A DNA stretch of 64,000 nt from Octopus vulgaris (GCA_951406725.2 OX597818.1:44330001-44394000), one strand, 5' to 3'. Shown: positions 1 through 14,483, counted from the stretch's first letter. Made by a program: numbers and translations. Notes: generated by a model from the letters alone, not told the origin.

Positions 1-269
1 CACGCTAAGAGTTGCTGAAGTATGGAACAAACTGTTGTTAGTTGTCGGAGCACTGCATCTTTCAAAACTTCCATGCTTCCTGAGATTCGCCAACACTACA
101 CCTGATTTTCTCCCCTCCATACACACGCAAGCATGTATCTGACTCATACACTGTTCACTTTCCAGACATTTGTACATCACTGCATATGCTTTATATGTAC
201 TTTTGACAAGTTGTGGTGTACCTGAGCACTGTATACAATAATTTAATTATTAATATTATTATTATTATA
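1..269 (+). mobile_element. 3' end of CR1-type LINE (RT C-terminus, 3'UTR, (TTA)n tail)
   Basis: Reads TLRVAEVWNKL/VVSCRSTASFKTSMLPEIRQHYT* with one frameshift, matching the R-V-x-x-x-WN-x-LP end of CR1-group ORF2. Ends in (TTA)n. Homologous to 50665-50846. Confidence 0.75.
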
Positions 270-517
270 ACTCAAGGAAGATCATCATTTAAACCAAGAA
301 AGATACCTCTGTGAATCACACATCAAGCTCTCCTGTCTTTCCAACTTCAGTTGATCCAATTGGTTCCAGTAGAATCAACTTTTACACCACTTCTCAAACA
401 TGATGCCTTTGTAAATAATACACCAGCAGAGAAAACTTTAATATTTGTTCCATTTTGCATCCAATTTCACATAGTATATCTCTTTCAAAGTTGTCCCTTT
501 CTTCCACACTAGGCTCA

Positions 518-519
<2 letters not shown>

Positions 520-552
<33 letters not shown>
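520..552. repeat. (CA)n microsatellite
   Basis: Direct reading. Confidence 0.95.
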
Positions 553-555
<3 letters not shown>

Positions 556-599
556 GCTAAGAGTGAAAGGTACCATTGATCATTTCGAACTTATACAAT

Positions 600-1240
600 G
601 AACCCTGGAGCTAGTCCCTATTAACACCAAACTGTTCAATCTCTGTCTCTAGGAACATATCCTTATCTTTGCTAAACATGTCAGCCTTTATAATTACTGA
701 AGAATCTCTTTACAAAATGACATTCTCAACAAACAAAAGGCTAAAACTCAAAGACTGGCCTTTTACTTCAGAGCCAGAAAATATTTCAGCTTGTAATAGC
801 TGCTTATCTTTTCTAAAGGCTCATTTAAGATCTAAAATGAGTACTGCTTCTACATCTGAAACAGTGCTGTTGCTATACACTGATATAGTAGATTGCAAGA
901 AAAGTCTACTTGACTAATGGTACAAAACTATTCCACTACAAGAATACTCCAAACACTGGTCTAATCATATGCTGTCTCTTAACTCTACCTGCTTTTTTTT
1001 TTTTTATTACAACTACAGTGGCATGTGATTTTCAGAGCTGGCAGATCTTGTGTCAGCTGCCATTTAGGCACTCACTATTCCTACATCTCTCCTCATGTCA
1101 CCACCCATATTTCTACCTTGCAATGACCCTACACAAAACACTATGCTCAGGTCTTTCTTCCTTGAATATCAATTCTCTCCTTGTATAATGTTTTACACTC
1201 AGCTGTTATCTTGCAACAGTTCAAACATAATGTTAAAGGC
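600..1240 (+). mobile_element. Decayed CR1/L2-group LINE ORF2 C-terminal fragment
   Basis: Broken frames give KAHLRSKM(E)YCFYI*NSA and FYYNYSGM*FSELADLV, resembling the YKAxxRPxMEYCSHIW and FYRYYxGxCSxELA motifs of CR1/L2-group RTs. Confidence 0.6.
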
Positions 1241-1241
1241 A

Positions 1242-1464
1242 TTAACCCTTTTGATATCATATTTCTGTTGAAACGCACTGCTTTTGTTTCATTTAATTTT
1301 GAAAATAATGAATTTATTGAAATAACTGTCATTATTAATCTGGCATTTGGAACATAAAATTAACATGAAATTTTTATCGATGCTTGTAATTACATCACTT
1401 TAAAATGGAATTTGTATCAAAGAACTAATAGCAGTTTCAGGGATGTTGGTATCAAAAAGGTTAA
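1242..1464. mobile_element. TTAA-flanked MITE (piggyBac-like)
   Basis: TTAA|CCCTTTTGATATC ... GGTATCAAAAAGG|TTAA: terminal inverted repeats with TTAA on both sides. Confidence 0.75.
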
Positions 1465-2285
1465 TCTCTTTGACTTTATGCCATAAGTACAGCACCTTTC
1501 TACAGACCAAATCAATTAAAAAGAAAAAGTGGACTTAACCAGGGAGAAAAGTGGTGGTGGTTATAGAATACAAACTCCTGACCACTCAACTAGTTGTTAA
1601 ATTCCCTTTCATTTCATCTATCTACATTTTTTATGCAGTGCATAATTTAAGAAATACTGCACGATGTAATTCTTATAATACAATGTTTAGTAGAGATTTG
1701 TTAAGTAAGGTGAAAACAGTATTTTCAAAAACTATTGAAGTTAAATAACAGAGAAAAGCGATAACCAGTAAGAAGAATAGATTTATTCATCTTTTTCTTT
1801 AAAATACATAGAATTCAGAAATATTCTCCATCATCATGTAGAAACTCATGAGCAGGGAAGAATGAAGCAAAATAACATAATTGCAGTCAATAAAGTTGGA
1901 TTTTAGAAATGGAAGAACTGAACAGGCAATGAGTTCACTGTTTCTTCATACGTTATTGATTTTTATTAGATAAATTTCCAAAGTTCCAGGAAGCATCATA
2001 AATAAAATTCTATTGACATAATTTCCTGAGATTAATCTCCTATAAACTGGCAAGTTTAACAGTAGATTTACAAATGAGTTTCTTAAAAGACAAATATATA
2101 AAAATTATATTTAAATCTAGAAATCTATAAGTAACATGTAAGAACGCCAATGTACTTGGCTTTTGACATTTTTAATAGTAATAAATAAATGATGTTCAAG
2201 TTAAACTATGAGAAAATAATGATTTTGCAAACACAGAATATTAATTTCCTCGTATTTTCATTGTTATTTAGTTTAGATAGTTTTA

Positions 2286-2450
2286 TAGAATTGAAAATTC
2301 CAGACAAAATGTCATGTAAAATATAGCTTACGTTATTTTATATTCTAAATTCAAATCCAGTCGAAGTAAACATTGCCTTTCATCTTTCCATATATAATAA
2401 AACAGTACCAGTCATATATTGGAGTTGATTAAATTAAAATTTGTGACTCT
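2286..2450 (+). mobile_element. Degenerate Nin-domain-like SINE
   Basis: Contains ttgcctttcatctttcc...ataaaacagtaccagtc, shared with copies at 8.4, 50.4, 50.9, 56.3 and 62.5 kb. Confidence 0.55.
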
Positions 2451-2915
2451 GAAAAGAAGTAATGTCTATGACCTTTGCTGACCCTCTCAGTTTGGTGAGG
2501 TCAGTGAGGTCAACCTTACCTGGAGGGAAAATATGGACTAGGATGAGCCAACAGAGCCTCTATATTGTGTAAGAACCTGATAGAAACAGTAGCCAATACA
2601 CCTTGAAATCATACCCTACTGTCTTGGGAAAGGATACATTGGGGAATGTAGTCTTAGATGTAAACTTATCCAGATTGCCTATAGTTATGGCTGGAATACC
2701 TTTGAGCATAGGGTCTGCTGAACCAGAGCTGATGTACAACTGAAAGCATGGGCTAAAAAAAAAGGGTTTAAAGAGATGAAGTTTAAAGAGAAAAAGGTTA
2801 ATGGAAATTTTTAGTATGGGTTTTCAGGATGCCAAGACAAAATAAAGATGCTGAGAGACTGATGTGACTAGTGAACTAATGAAGTAGAAACATTTGTAAT
2901 AAACAGTAGGAGATA

Positions 2916-3063
2916 GGCAAAGGAGTGGCTAACCACATGGTTCTGGGTTCAGTCCCACTGCGTGGCACTTTGGGCAAGTGTCTTCTATTATAGCCTCGGG
3001 TCGACCAAAGCCTTGTGAGTGGATTTGGTAGATGGAAACTGAAAGAAGCCCATCGTATATATG

Positions 3064-3094
<31 letters not shown>

Positions 3095-3310
3095 TTGTGT
3101 GTCTGTGTTTGTCCCCCCCCCAACATCACTTTACAACCGATGCTGGTGTGTTTACATCACCGTAACTTAGCGGTTCGGCAAAAGAGACAGATAGAATAAG
3201 TACTAGGCTTACAAAGAATAAGTCCTGGGGTCGATTTGCTCGACTAAAGGCAGTGCTCCAGCATGGCCACAGTCAAATGACTGAAACAAGTAAAATAGTA
3301 AAAAGAGAGA
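2916..3310 (+). mobile_element. tRNA-derived SINE family A with internal (TA)/(TG) tract
   Basis: Near-identical to 4990-5369 but with a deletion in the head. B-box-like GGTTCAGTCCC. Tail cagcatggccacagtcaaatgactgaaacaagtaaaa. Possible TSD gagata. Confidence 0.85.
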
Positions 3311-4989
3311 TACCTTTGTAACAACAGAAACTGCAGTTGTTCTTTGAAGAGAGTCAGCAACTGTTCAAAGCTGAAGCATCTTCAGTACCCAAAGAAGGAT
3401 CTTAACCTTTGAGGACCAGTTTAGGTTGTTATAGATGTAAAGTTATAATGAAAGGTCTTCAGAGACTGTGATGCTGAGCTGTGAAGTTTGTATTGTTAAT
3501 GAGAAAAAAGTACAAGTTGGAGGAATTAATATTTGTGACTGATGCTGTTAAATGATACTTAGTTGTTATGCCTGTGTAGGAGAGTGTTGTTATTGTTATG
3601 TCTATGTTCAAGAGTGTTATTATTGTCTGATTCCAGATAATTAAGCATACCTATGATTAAAGACATTTCAAGAATGACCATCCAAATCGTTATCTTTTTT
3701 TACAGACACAAAGTATATAGAATTATAATATACAATGTTTTCTTTTTTAAGACAGCAGGGTGTAATAGGAGAAAGATTTGACTGTTGTTTCTTGCAATTA
3801 GAGTGACCATGCAGAAACTCTCTTGTTGGCCCATCAATGTTAGTATTCATAGAAGTGGGGCGTAAGCTGCATGGATAAAATGTTTTAGAAAGTTTATCAA
3901 GAAATGAAGGGTAGTATCTTCTGCAGGGGAGTAAGTAACAGAGTTAATTATGTACAAAGAGGAAGAATATGGAAAATATAACCAAATCTTGAGAAACACC
4001 AAAATTGATACAATGTAGTGAGAAATCAATTTCCCAATAGCTCTGGCTCTCTATGGAAGCACTACTGCTGTTTATTGAAGTAGAGAGGATTGAAGAGTGT
4101 TAAGTGAAATAACAGTGTTTTCTTATGAAAAAGAAAACAACCTTCCCAATTTATATTCAGAGAGTAGCCCCACATTCCCAAATCTTTGCTAATAGCAGTA
4201 TCACTTCAAAATTGAATGAAACCTTTTCTATATTTATGGCTCTCAAACATTTTCATATTGCTGGTTGAAATCTTGGATTCCATAGCCAAGTATAGTTGAA
4301 AACACCAAACCTTTCCTGATGGAAAAATTAAACTGAATCCTCTTGATATCTGATGCAAACTTTTGAAGGTCAATGACATAAATTGGAGAAAATAGAATAA
4401 AACATATCCTTTCAAACACAGCGAAATATATTTTAAACTGATTTTCCTATTAGGAAAGATGAAGATAGAATAGAAAGATTCCAGATGAACAAATTCATAT
4501 TAAAATTTAAACATGAAGAATAGTTATATATTAGAGAGTGTTAACTGTAACAAATATTATAGGACAAAAAATAAGCAAGGATTGAAATCTTAATGTTTTA
4601 TAGACTTTACACTTTAGACATCAAGTTTGGTACCTTAGTATAAATTACACCAAGATCGACTGGTACATACTTACTTTATATAAAGTTGATAAAATGCAAG
4701 TGATATTACAAGAATAATCAACCCAATGCTTCTTATGTCATGAATAGTGATCATATTTTCATAGTTCAAAACATAGCAGTAATGCCATGTATTTGAATGT
4801 GTGTTACTGATATAATACTGAAAGTCACCTGCTTTCCTATGTTATTCATCAGTGGTTCCTCGTTAGTGAGAAGTTCAACAAAAGCAATATTTCTGCATGG
4901 TGATCCATATTTATGCATAGCTTAGCTAAAACTACATTCTAAAGTTTAGTTCTTCTATTTAAGCAAGAAAATACTTTAACTCTGATCTA

Positions 4990-5369
4990 GGCGTAGGAGT
5001 GGCTGTGTGGTAAGTAGCTTGCTTACCAACCACATGGTTCCGGGTTCAGTCCCACTGTGTGGCACCTTGGGGAAGTGTCATCTACTATAGCCTCAGGCCA
5101 ACCAAAGCCTTGTGAGTGGATTTGGTCAACAGAAACTGAAAGAAGCCCATCGTATATATATATATATGTGTGTGTGTTTGTCCCCCAACAACATCGCTTG
5201 ACAACCGATGCTGGTGTGTTTACGTTCCCGTAACTTAGCAGTTCGGCAAAAGAGACCGATAGAATAAGTACTAGGCTTACAAAGAATAAGTCGTGGGGTT
5301 GATTTGCTTGACTAAAGGCAGTGCTCCGGCATGGCCACAGTCAAATGACTGAAACAAGTAAAAGAGTAA
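4990..5369 (+). mobile_element. tRNA-derived SINE family A, full length
   Basis: A-box-like TGGCTGTGTGG and B-box-like GGTTCAGTCCC. Colinear with 2916-3310. Confidence 0.85.
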
Positions 5370-6519
5370 TTGTTGACTCTGCAAAGTTCACAGAAGCCCC
5401 ACAATAGAGTACTGCTGGACCATGTCCAAAAGAAACATTCTGAGTTACGAACATCCGAAACCACATTCAAAAGAAAACAATCTGACTGACAAGTAGAACC
5501 AACATACTGTAACTTCTGGTCCATCTACATATTGCCCCTTCTCTCATTTTATGTTATTATTACTACAATAACCTTTGTTGCTCTGAACCAGATAACTGTA
5601 TATCACCTTCATCTAAGGCAAGCTTAGCCAAGCCAAAACATTTGTATCTTTTTTTGAGTCAACAATCTAAAATTAAACTTTCTACCTACTCTTTTTCTAC
5701 AAGATATCAATTTCCAGATGCTGAAGCTAAACATAAATAGGATTGATTTCTATCAGTCTTGGAGGGTCTGTGAATACCACGGACACAGTCTCCATTACAG
5801 ACTGAGCTATGACATAAAATAGTTATTCAGAGGTTTCAAACACATATCACTTCATTTTATTAATAGAGCAAAGGTTGTGTGTAATAGTCAGTGGAATTAT
5901 AACAAGGAAAATGAACGAAGAAGCAAGCTATAGCTAGTAGAGTGAACAAAACATTCCCCTTTCATTGATTTATTTACTTCCAGCTTGTAGATGTTTAAGA
6001 AGTTTGTGTAAACCTTACTCTGAAACAAACTAAATATTGTTTACGTAACTCTTACTAAACATGAGATATTCAATTTTCCAATACTCTACAAAATAATCAA
6101 TAAAAGACTTCTACTGAGAGTGCTTTAGCAATGTGGATCATTTATAGAATCAAGAAACTGAAAACAGTTTATATTTTTTAAAAATTTCCTTTTTAATCCC
6201 AATGTTGTTTTTATGTTAATTTTTTTCATGTTAATGTGAAGCAAAGTGACATTAAATTCAATTAGAAGAGGGTAAAGAATTTTTAATAAGTGTTCCAATA
6301 TTTTCTCTGACTATGAATGTTGGTGAGAAATGAAATATTATTAAAAAAAAATATATATCTCATTCACAAAGTATTAGATCTTAGGCCAGGCATAGCTATT
6401 TTACCTCTGTTACTAAATAGCTAAAGTTCATCCTACTTGAGAAAATCTATAGCATGGTTGTAGACAAACTGATAATTTATTTGGGAAATATTCAAGTTCA
6501 AAATGTTCTGCCAACATGC

Positions 6520-7230
6520 TATCATTTAATATTTAATATCTGCTTTCGATGCTGGCATGGGTTAGACAATTTGACTGGAACTGGTAAGCTGCCCTGGGTT
6601 CCAGTCTGACTTTGGCTTGGTTTCTATGGCTGAATGCCCTTCCTAATGCCAACCACTCCAAGGAGTGTAGCAGGTGCCTTTTACATGTCACTGGCATAGG
6701 GTCTTTTATGTGTCATTGGCATGGATGCTGTTATCTGTCACTGGCATTGGCCATGACAACAATTTCATTTTGCTTAATGAGTCTTTTCAAGCACATCATA
6801 TAGCCAAAGGTCTCAGTCACTAGTTGGCACCTCTGTGAGGCCCAACATTCAAAGACCATGCTTTAGCACCACCTCCCATGTCTTCCTGGCTCTACTTCTT
6901 CCACAGATTCTCTTCACAGTTAGAGAACAGCACTTTATGCAACTGTCCTCATCCATATGCATCACATAATCATACCAATACTGTTACCCCTCTTGCACAC
7001 CACATCTGATGCCTCTTATCCTCAATTTTTCTCTCAAGGTATTTACACTCTGTTGTACATGCACTCTGACATTGCACATCCAGCAGAGCATACTAGCTTC
7101 ATTTCTTTCAAGTCTTCACACGTCCTTTACAGTCACAGTCTATATTTCACTGTCATGTGGCCTTGCTGTTCCCACACAGGCATCATATAATCTACCTTTC
7201 ACTCTGAGGGAGAGGCCCTTTGTTATCAAC
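6520..7230 (-). mobile_element. 5'-truncated RTE-clade LINE (RT C-terminus and 3'UTR)
   Basis: Minus strand reads LITKGLSLRVKGRLYDACV...RLERNEASMLCWMCNV...GRSRARKTWEVVLK with stops, typical of the RTE ORF end. 3' end is aacccatgccagcat...ttaaatgat. Confidence 0.85.
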
Positions 7231-7241
7231 AAAGATAGAAG

Positions 7242-7272
<31 letters not shown>

Positions 7273-7910
7273 TGTGTGTGTGTGTGTGTATGTATGTATA
7301 TTTAAGAAGTTACTTTAATGCATATGTGTTCACTGAGTATTTGGTCCTTGGGCAGAGTATATATGAATCTCATGACAGTGCTAAGTGTGCTGTTTTGTAA
7401 AGTAGTAGATTAGCAGAAGCGAGTTTAGGATTGGTATAGGCTGCAATGGATCTTATGTATATTAATTGACAGTTCAGTGACACTTTCCTTATTTTGACTA
7501 AATTTTCTGAATGCTTGCCCAGTATATAGTTATTCATGTGCTTTTTTTTCCTTAGTATTATATATGATATATATATATATATATTTATTTCATGTATGTA
7601 TTTGTATGTATATATAAGAAGTTTCTATGCTGAGTGTCCACTGAGCTATTTGAGCTGAGGCAGATGATATATGAATCTGTTGCTAAAGTTTTTCTGTGGT
7701 GTCCCCGTTAAAGGTTGTATAATCGGCATTTCTTGTTAGAAGGTCAGACAAGATTCATTCGTGGTATCTGTTCCAGCTCTTTGTTTTCTGACAGAAGCAT
7801 CTGTGACAACACTGGTGCCAAACTGTTTTGGCCAAAGTCAATGACTTTTAGCCTGGATAAATGTCAGTAGCATGAAGAAGAGAAACTCACAGGCATGTGC
7901 AACTGCCAGT

Positions 7911-7980
7911 CATCACCATCATCATCATCATTGTTTAGCATCTGCTTTCCATGCTGGCATGAGTTTGACTGTTTAACAGG
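7911..7980 (-). mobile_element. RTE-type 3' terminal fragment with (GAT)n tail
   Basis: (cat)n tgtttagcatctgctttccatgctggcatg matches the 3' end of 6520-7230. Confidence 0.6.
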
Positions 7981-8439
7981 ATCTATTCCTGAACATTTAT
8001 GTGCAGATGAACAATCAACTTTGACTGACACAGGCCCTACAGATGTTGGCAAAAGTTATAAAAAGAAGTTTATTACTTTTTCTTATAACATCAACACTGA
8101 AATAATACAAAAAAGTATTACCATACCACAAACAGATTTTTTTTTAGTTGTTTATTTTTTTCACTAAACCTATGACAAGACTAATTATCTGTAGTAATAT
8201 TTTCAGAAATTCTAACATTACATTTACAAAATAAGTATAACAATTACTGGTTCTTCTAAAGATTCATATTTTGGTTTCCAACAAAGACTGAGTATCTACT
8301 TTGATCCATCACTCATTCCTCAGCCAAAAGTACCTTTAGATGATGGAAATTAGAAAAGTAATTTCAAAGCAATTCTCCTTTTGTCCAGTTATTTTAATAG
8401 ATATAATTATAAGAGAGTGACTTTTTTTTGTTATTATGA

Positions 8440-8627
8440 TGATAAAAGTCAAAAAAGTACCAGGCTAAATGATTTATGGTGTTTAGTTATGTCCCTTCGA
8501 TTTCAAATCCTGGTGAAGTTAACTTTGCTTTTTACCATTCTGTGATCAAGTGCTGGGTTTGATTACAATCGATTACACTTACTCCTTCAATTTGTGACCT
8601 TAAGCCAAAAATTAGAAATAGTTATTA

Positions 8628-8687
<60 letters not shown>
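8440..8687 (+). mobile_element. Degenerate Nin-domain-like SINE with (TTA)n tail
   Basis: ttcaaatcctggtgaagttaactttgctttt core shared with the other copies; long (TTA)n at 8622-8687. Confidence 0.55.
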
Positions 8688-8688
<1 letters not shown>

Positions 8689-11234
8689 CATCCCCATCGT
8701 GTATAGTTCTAGCTATCATCTTCACCAATAGATTTGTTCTGCCACATTTACAAGAGTTAGATTTATTAACTAAGTTTCATATATTTCCCTATAGACAACC
8801 TTTAGTTAATATTTCTGACCATTATAACTGATTCAATTTAGCTTCGATTTACATTGTTCTTCTCGCTTCTAATATATCAAGAGTAATGGTTTCAATTCTG
8901 TTCTAAATCACAGTCAACTCAATTATTGGAAATCATTCTCTCACTCTGGCAATCATCACTTTTAGTAAGTTTTAGTTCTTGTCAACAGACATTGTTCAGG
9001 TAATGTGATTCTATTAGGCGCTATGATAATGATGATGTTAGATACATGTAACCTGTGGCAAGAACAGAAATATAGCACTTTATAGCAATTACAACAGTTT
9101 TTAATTTGTCGAATTATGTTCCTTACTTTGCCATTAATCATTTTCATTGTAGCCAAAAGAAAGCAAGTTTCCTGAAATGGAAACCTTCCTCCATTTGAGA
9201 TCATTTCTTGTCATCTTTCTTACATTGTGGCTTCTTCTTTTCTTCTATTGTTGTTTCAGATCCTATTATATCAACTTAAACTGATAGATCAGCATGGCTA
9301 TAATTTGTATTTCTTATAATACACCTCACAGCTAGCACTAAAGAGAGTTTAATACTGAGAGAATCAAATATCTGGAAACTAATCACATACAACAAAGTAA
9401 TACAATGCATATGCACATTACTTGCAAATATATAACATTTAAACATCAGTCATGTACAATATGTCAATATTCACAGGTAGATTATTATGAACTAGCAGTA
9501 CTCATGGAAATTCTATAATTAGTTTGAAAACTAGAAGTTTATAGAGAACCAATGAATATATAAATTCTTTTGAAATTGTATTTATTTTTTGAGATAGTGT
9601 AAAGTCCTCTAAGAAAGTATTGGAAGTGAAGTCTTAGAAAAGAATATTTTTGAAAACTATATTCTTTATTATACACTTGCCACTCTTTCTCCCTCGAGTT
9701 GTATCTATATTTTCAGCTTTATGTCAAGAAGCGAACATGCTATACAAAGAGCTACATGCAATTGTTTATAGTTCACTTTCTATTGTGATCATGTTATCAA
9801 AACCATTGAAAATGCATTGAAGAAATAATGTATACAGCAAATACTTTAAACAATCTTAAGAATGAAATTGAAGTCTTATACTATTATGATATCATTCTGC
9901 TGCAATACAACTACGTTGGTAATCCTTTAACAAAATTTAATATGCTGTACTGTATTCATATTTTCATATTACATGAACCCACACTTTTGGTGAATCAAGT
10001 ACAGTAGCTGATACAAATAAAATAAATATTGTGTCCACAATAGATTATATCTTTACTTTTGTTCCATAGTTTATCAGTCAAATGACTTATGAATAATAAT
10101 ATAAATGTTGTATGCTTAAAAGATTATGTCTTTGATTTCATTTCATAGTTATGATCTACATGTGTAGATTCTACTAGAATAATAAAGTATATTCTTATTT
10201 GGAAATTTCTAAAACTTTCTAATATTGATTAGTACCTCTCTAAAATCATTTTCTAAAATGGTAGGGTGTCACATATGTAATTACAGTCAGTGTAAAACGT
10301 TTGATCAAATGAGGCTATTGGAGCAATAAAGTGGCAAATATTCCATCTTGAGGAGGTTAAAACATTTTCCCAAACCCTTTTATAACAACAAATAGAAAAC
10401 ACATAAACAAAAACAGTCTCAGGACTATTTACTCTTCTCTTTATACTTTTATTCATATTTTACTGAATAGTCTTTCGTATAGATGAAAGCAATTTACAGA
10501 GTAATCTTTCAGAGAATAGGGTTTACAATTTTTTGCCTGTAGTCATGTAGAGCAAGTAGTTACACTGGAAATCTTTTGGAAGTTCTGTAATCTTTACCAA
10601 AGTTAGTTTTTATCGGAAGAAAATAACCATCTCCATATCAGCTTTTCAGTGCATATTTTAGGAAAGCAGTAATAATTTTATATTTAAAAAATATCAACAT
10701 CATTTCACATTCAGCTGTATTGAAGTTAATTGAACTAGAAGACCTTCTTGTCTTTTTATGTTGAATGTTGGTGCACATGTGAATTTTCTTAAAATGAACA
10801 ACACTATTCCTTCTTAACCCCTAACTCTAATGAAGAATAGTTAAACTTTAGTTAATGTAACTTGTGTACCATGTTTACAATTTTATCTTCCAAATTTGTT
10901 TTATTTTTTTAAAGATATCAATTTTTCATCCCCATTGGTATGTTTGATAAAATGGAGATGTTTTTCAGTCAATATTGGTAATTGATCATCTATTTATCAA
11001 TTAGATTGGCATAAATCTTTCAGATGTTTCCTGAAATATTATATAGAGCAGTCTATTAAATTTACCAATTACATCTGTGTTCATTTCGTTTTATTTTATG
11101 TGGAGAGTAATAACCAAAGAAAAAATAAAGTGCACTTCCATCTAATCAGAGATTGTTGTGAACTGCTCATTAGTGATATACATCAGGAAAAACAGGGAAG
11201 TTTTGAGTGCTGAAAAGATCAGTTGTTTCAGAAG

Positions 11235-11443
11235 TTAACCGTTTAGTGTTCACATTATTTTGTCAAAAGCAATGTTCATTTATTCACATTGTTTTGTAAC
11301 TTTGAGAATTTGTATGAGGTGGCAGTTAATTTTTAGAACGATAATGTAGGGTTGGTGTGAGAGGCCAGATTTGACCATTTTGAACATAAAAACAAGTAGA
11401 ATATTTTGGCCAGATATGGCCGTTTTGAATGCTAAAGGGTTAA
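11235..11443. mobile_element. TTAA-flanked MITE (piggyBac-like), family 2
   Basis: TTAA|CCGTTTAGTGTT ... AATGCTAAAGGG|TTAA. Second copy in opposite orientation at 30016-30246. Confidence 0.8.
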
Positions 11444-12699
11444 TGGAAAAATTAAGCGGGGGGGAAAAAGTGTTTTAACTAGTGTTTGAAGTAAGAGATG
11501 GCTTGACACTTATTAATAGATTTCTTTTTTTCTTTTCGGCATTTCAGAGAACTGAAAACAACTAACTTTTTTTTCTTTTTATCAGAAATGGACTGTGATA
11601 TATCAAACCTCATACGCAGCCCATAACCAATAGCAGGAGTCAAATTAAATGAAAAAGTTGAGATAAATTTGAGGACTTTAGTTTGTAGCTTGTCATAACA
11701 TTCTTGAAATCTCCAGGAAATATCAAACTAAGCACTATGAATTACACTTATTAATTATACAAAGCTTTCACTGTTTATAGTAAAAGTTGCCCTATGGTAC
11801 CTACTATAGTATGGTTAACTGGATCATTTGAGACTTAAGTATCTTAGCTATAGACACAGTCCATACAAACTATCAGTTCTTTGGGTAATATTTTTGTATC
11901 CTATTAAACTTGATATCAAAAACCATCTCTATTTTTCAACAAATATGAGCAAATTATTGAATATTTTCATATCATAGGTTATCTAAATATTTTTTTTCCT
12001 TGAGAAATATTGAAATCATCTCAATGTGATAGCTGAAATAAGAAGGAAGAAAGGTGTTTTCGTTTTTATAGACCAGTTTTTAAAATAGACGAGGAACCAA
12101 TACAAACAGAATACCTGTGGAGACAATAGTTATTGTGAATGAAACTCTAGCTATAAATCAATCACAACTGTTTAAGAATTTATTAAATGTTCTTTTAGTG
12201 GATTTGAAGAATACTGAAAAGAGAAATTGATGATCGAGCAGTGGAAAATCATATTTTGACCAAATAATTGGTGTGCTTATTACAGGTCATGTATTCATTT
12301 ATAAAAAAAAAAAATATTTTAGCTGAAATAAGAATTGATGCCATCAATAGAGAGAGAGAAGTGTAATATTTTTTCCAGAGAAAATTCATGTATTATAAAA
12401 GTAGATATTTAACTACATGAATAAGAGAAACACCATTGACCATTAAAAAAGAAGCAAATAATTTATAGGATCTTGTGATAAGCCCAATGACTAATAAATT
12501 CAATTGTTTTCGTCCCAGAAGCCTTCAGTGTTGCTCTCTGAAAAAGGAGAAATCAACAGCTATCCACAACGACAAAAGTTCTTCTATATTTAAAAGCTCA
12601 TTTTTGATTGAGTTTGTTGTCATGGAAAAAGCTGCCTCTTGATAAAGGAATTTATATACAAGTTACTATTCAGATTGGATCAAAAAAAAAAAAAAAGGG

Positions 12700-12960
12700 A
12701 AAGGTTTCACCCACCATCACTCTGATCACACAACAGTGTCATCCACTCGCTGTTGCATCTACTCCACTGAAATTGTTGACTTACTCAACAAATCTGTCTT
12801 TTCTTTTCCAAATTTATTAACATGTCTCAACTCTCAACGCTGCACAAAAACACCTTTACTCACTCTTTCTTCTCCAATCTGCTTTCAAGAACAATGTTTT
12901 CTCTCTAATCACAAAAGTCTTTAAGCCTGAAGCTTAAACATTAAGAAGGCAGATCTCATC
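12700..12960 (+). mobile_element. Highly decayed CR1/L2-group LINE 3' fragment
   Basis: VSSTRCCIYSTEIVDL resembles the same C-terminal motif as 600-1240. Confidence 0.35.
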
Positions 12961-14235
12961 CAGTTATTTGTTTTTAGATTACGTGACAATAGCAGTACCA
13001 ATCTTTTTCAGACAAACAAATAAAAAAAAAGGGTTGATAATTAGGACTATATTTTCCAAGTTGTTCCACAGAGTAGGGTGAAAATTTGAGGGAGATTTGG
13101 TTGCTTGTTCTAGCAGGGTTGAGCAACCATAGTACCATTGTGTTGCACTATTGGACTGTATGTAGATAGAAAAATGCATATAATTGCATGAAAGCAAAAG
13201 GTATACACAGATTGATAGTAAATTCCTAAATATCATGTAGATAAATTATATGAAAAAAAGATAACATCATTGTAAGTAATATATATAATTACAGAGGGAA
13301 CGCAAGAGAATTTCAACCCAATATCTGACTGATGTGTGTTCCTTGATGGATGACAATCCTTTGGCATTGTTTTAAACAGTAATTGAAGAGGAAGAGTGTG
13401 TTTGGAACCAGGTGTCTTTGATCTCATATAGAGACAAGCTGAGCCCAAAACAAGATGATTTCTGTTTTCCTTCACAAAAGATTTCATCTGATACATACAT
13501 ATATATATGTATGTATGTAATATTTTTTTCACACCAGTGAATGTTCAATATTCATATTAAACAAACAATAAATAGTATCCATTTCTCAAGACAAAATAAA
13601 GAGAATGCAAATTAGAAGCAAAGAACAGATCAAATTAGTATTTTGATAAAAGGAACAAAAGACAGAGTGGTTAATTAGAAAGAGCACTAGTTTTATTAGA
13701 AGAGCAAAAGTAAGATAGATAAATACATATATCTTCATATACCATGGTCTTATGCCCAGTTGTTCATTTTCTCTTAACCAAATTTTAAGCTGGTTCTTAA
13801 TTTTGTAATGAATTTTTGTTTTGGCAAGATCATTTGGAATATAGTTATGTGTATAAATGTTGACTAAATATTGAAGAAAATATGTGATGTAAAACATTTG
13901 TATGTTATTAGCATGAAAGAAATGTGTTGTTAATAAGGCAAAACAAATTTCAAGAAAGCAGGAGAGTTAAAACAAGGGGGGGAAAAATACTACGAAGTAA
14001 CCATTGAAGATAATAAAATGGCACTCTCCATTTGATATCACCTGTTCAATAATATTTACAACTGAAGTAATCATATATGAAAAAGAAGTACAGTAGGCAT
14101 GCAACATATGTATATTCCACAATAAATTCAGGGTGAATACTTGATAAATGTAAGCACCTGTATATGCCAGCTAGTAGCAGAGGTGAGAGGATATATGTAT
14201 CAAATGAAATAAAAAAACAGAACACAAAGGATGTC

Positions 14236-14327
14236 ATGGTACACATGTTTCAAGCTTTATAAAACAACTTATTCTTACATCAATGTATAATCGACATAAC
14301 AGATGGTTTAAAGCTCTCTTCAGCCGC
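14236..14327 (-). ncRNA. Type I hammerhead ribozyme motif (left arm)
   Basis: gcgg CUGAAGA [long helix II] GAAAC AUGU GUA ccau. Confidence 0.7.
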
Positions 14328-14483
14328 ATGCAATTGCTATACCAAAGACCTGTATCACATTATGAAAAGTCCGAAAACGAACATTTGGTATTATCTATAA
14401 TGGTAGGTATATTGAGTTTCACTGAGAAAGTATGTTTGTAAATCTTCATAATGTGATACAGGTCTTTGGTATAGCAATTGCAT

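Noticed and set aside
3310-4080. Purine-rich stretch possibly a decayed LINE on the minus strand
   Set aside because: I could not recover diagnostic motifs by eye.
13233-13532. 99-aa minus-strand ORF in non-repetitive sequence
   Set aside because: Weak splice signals and no recognisable domain.
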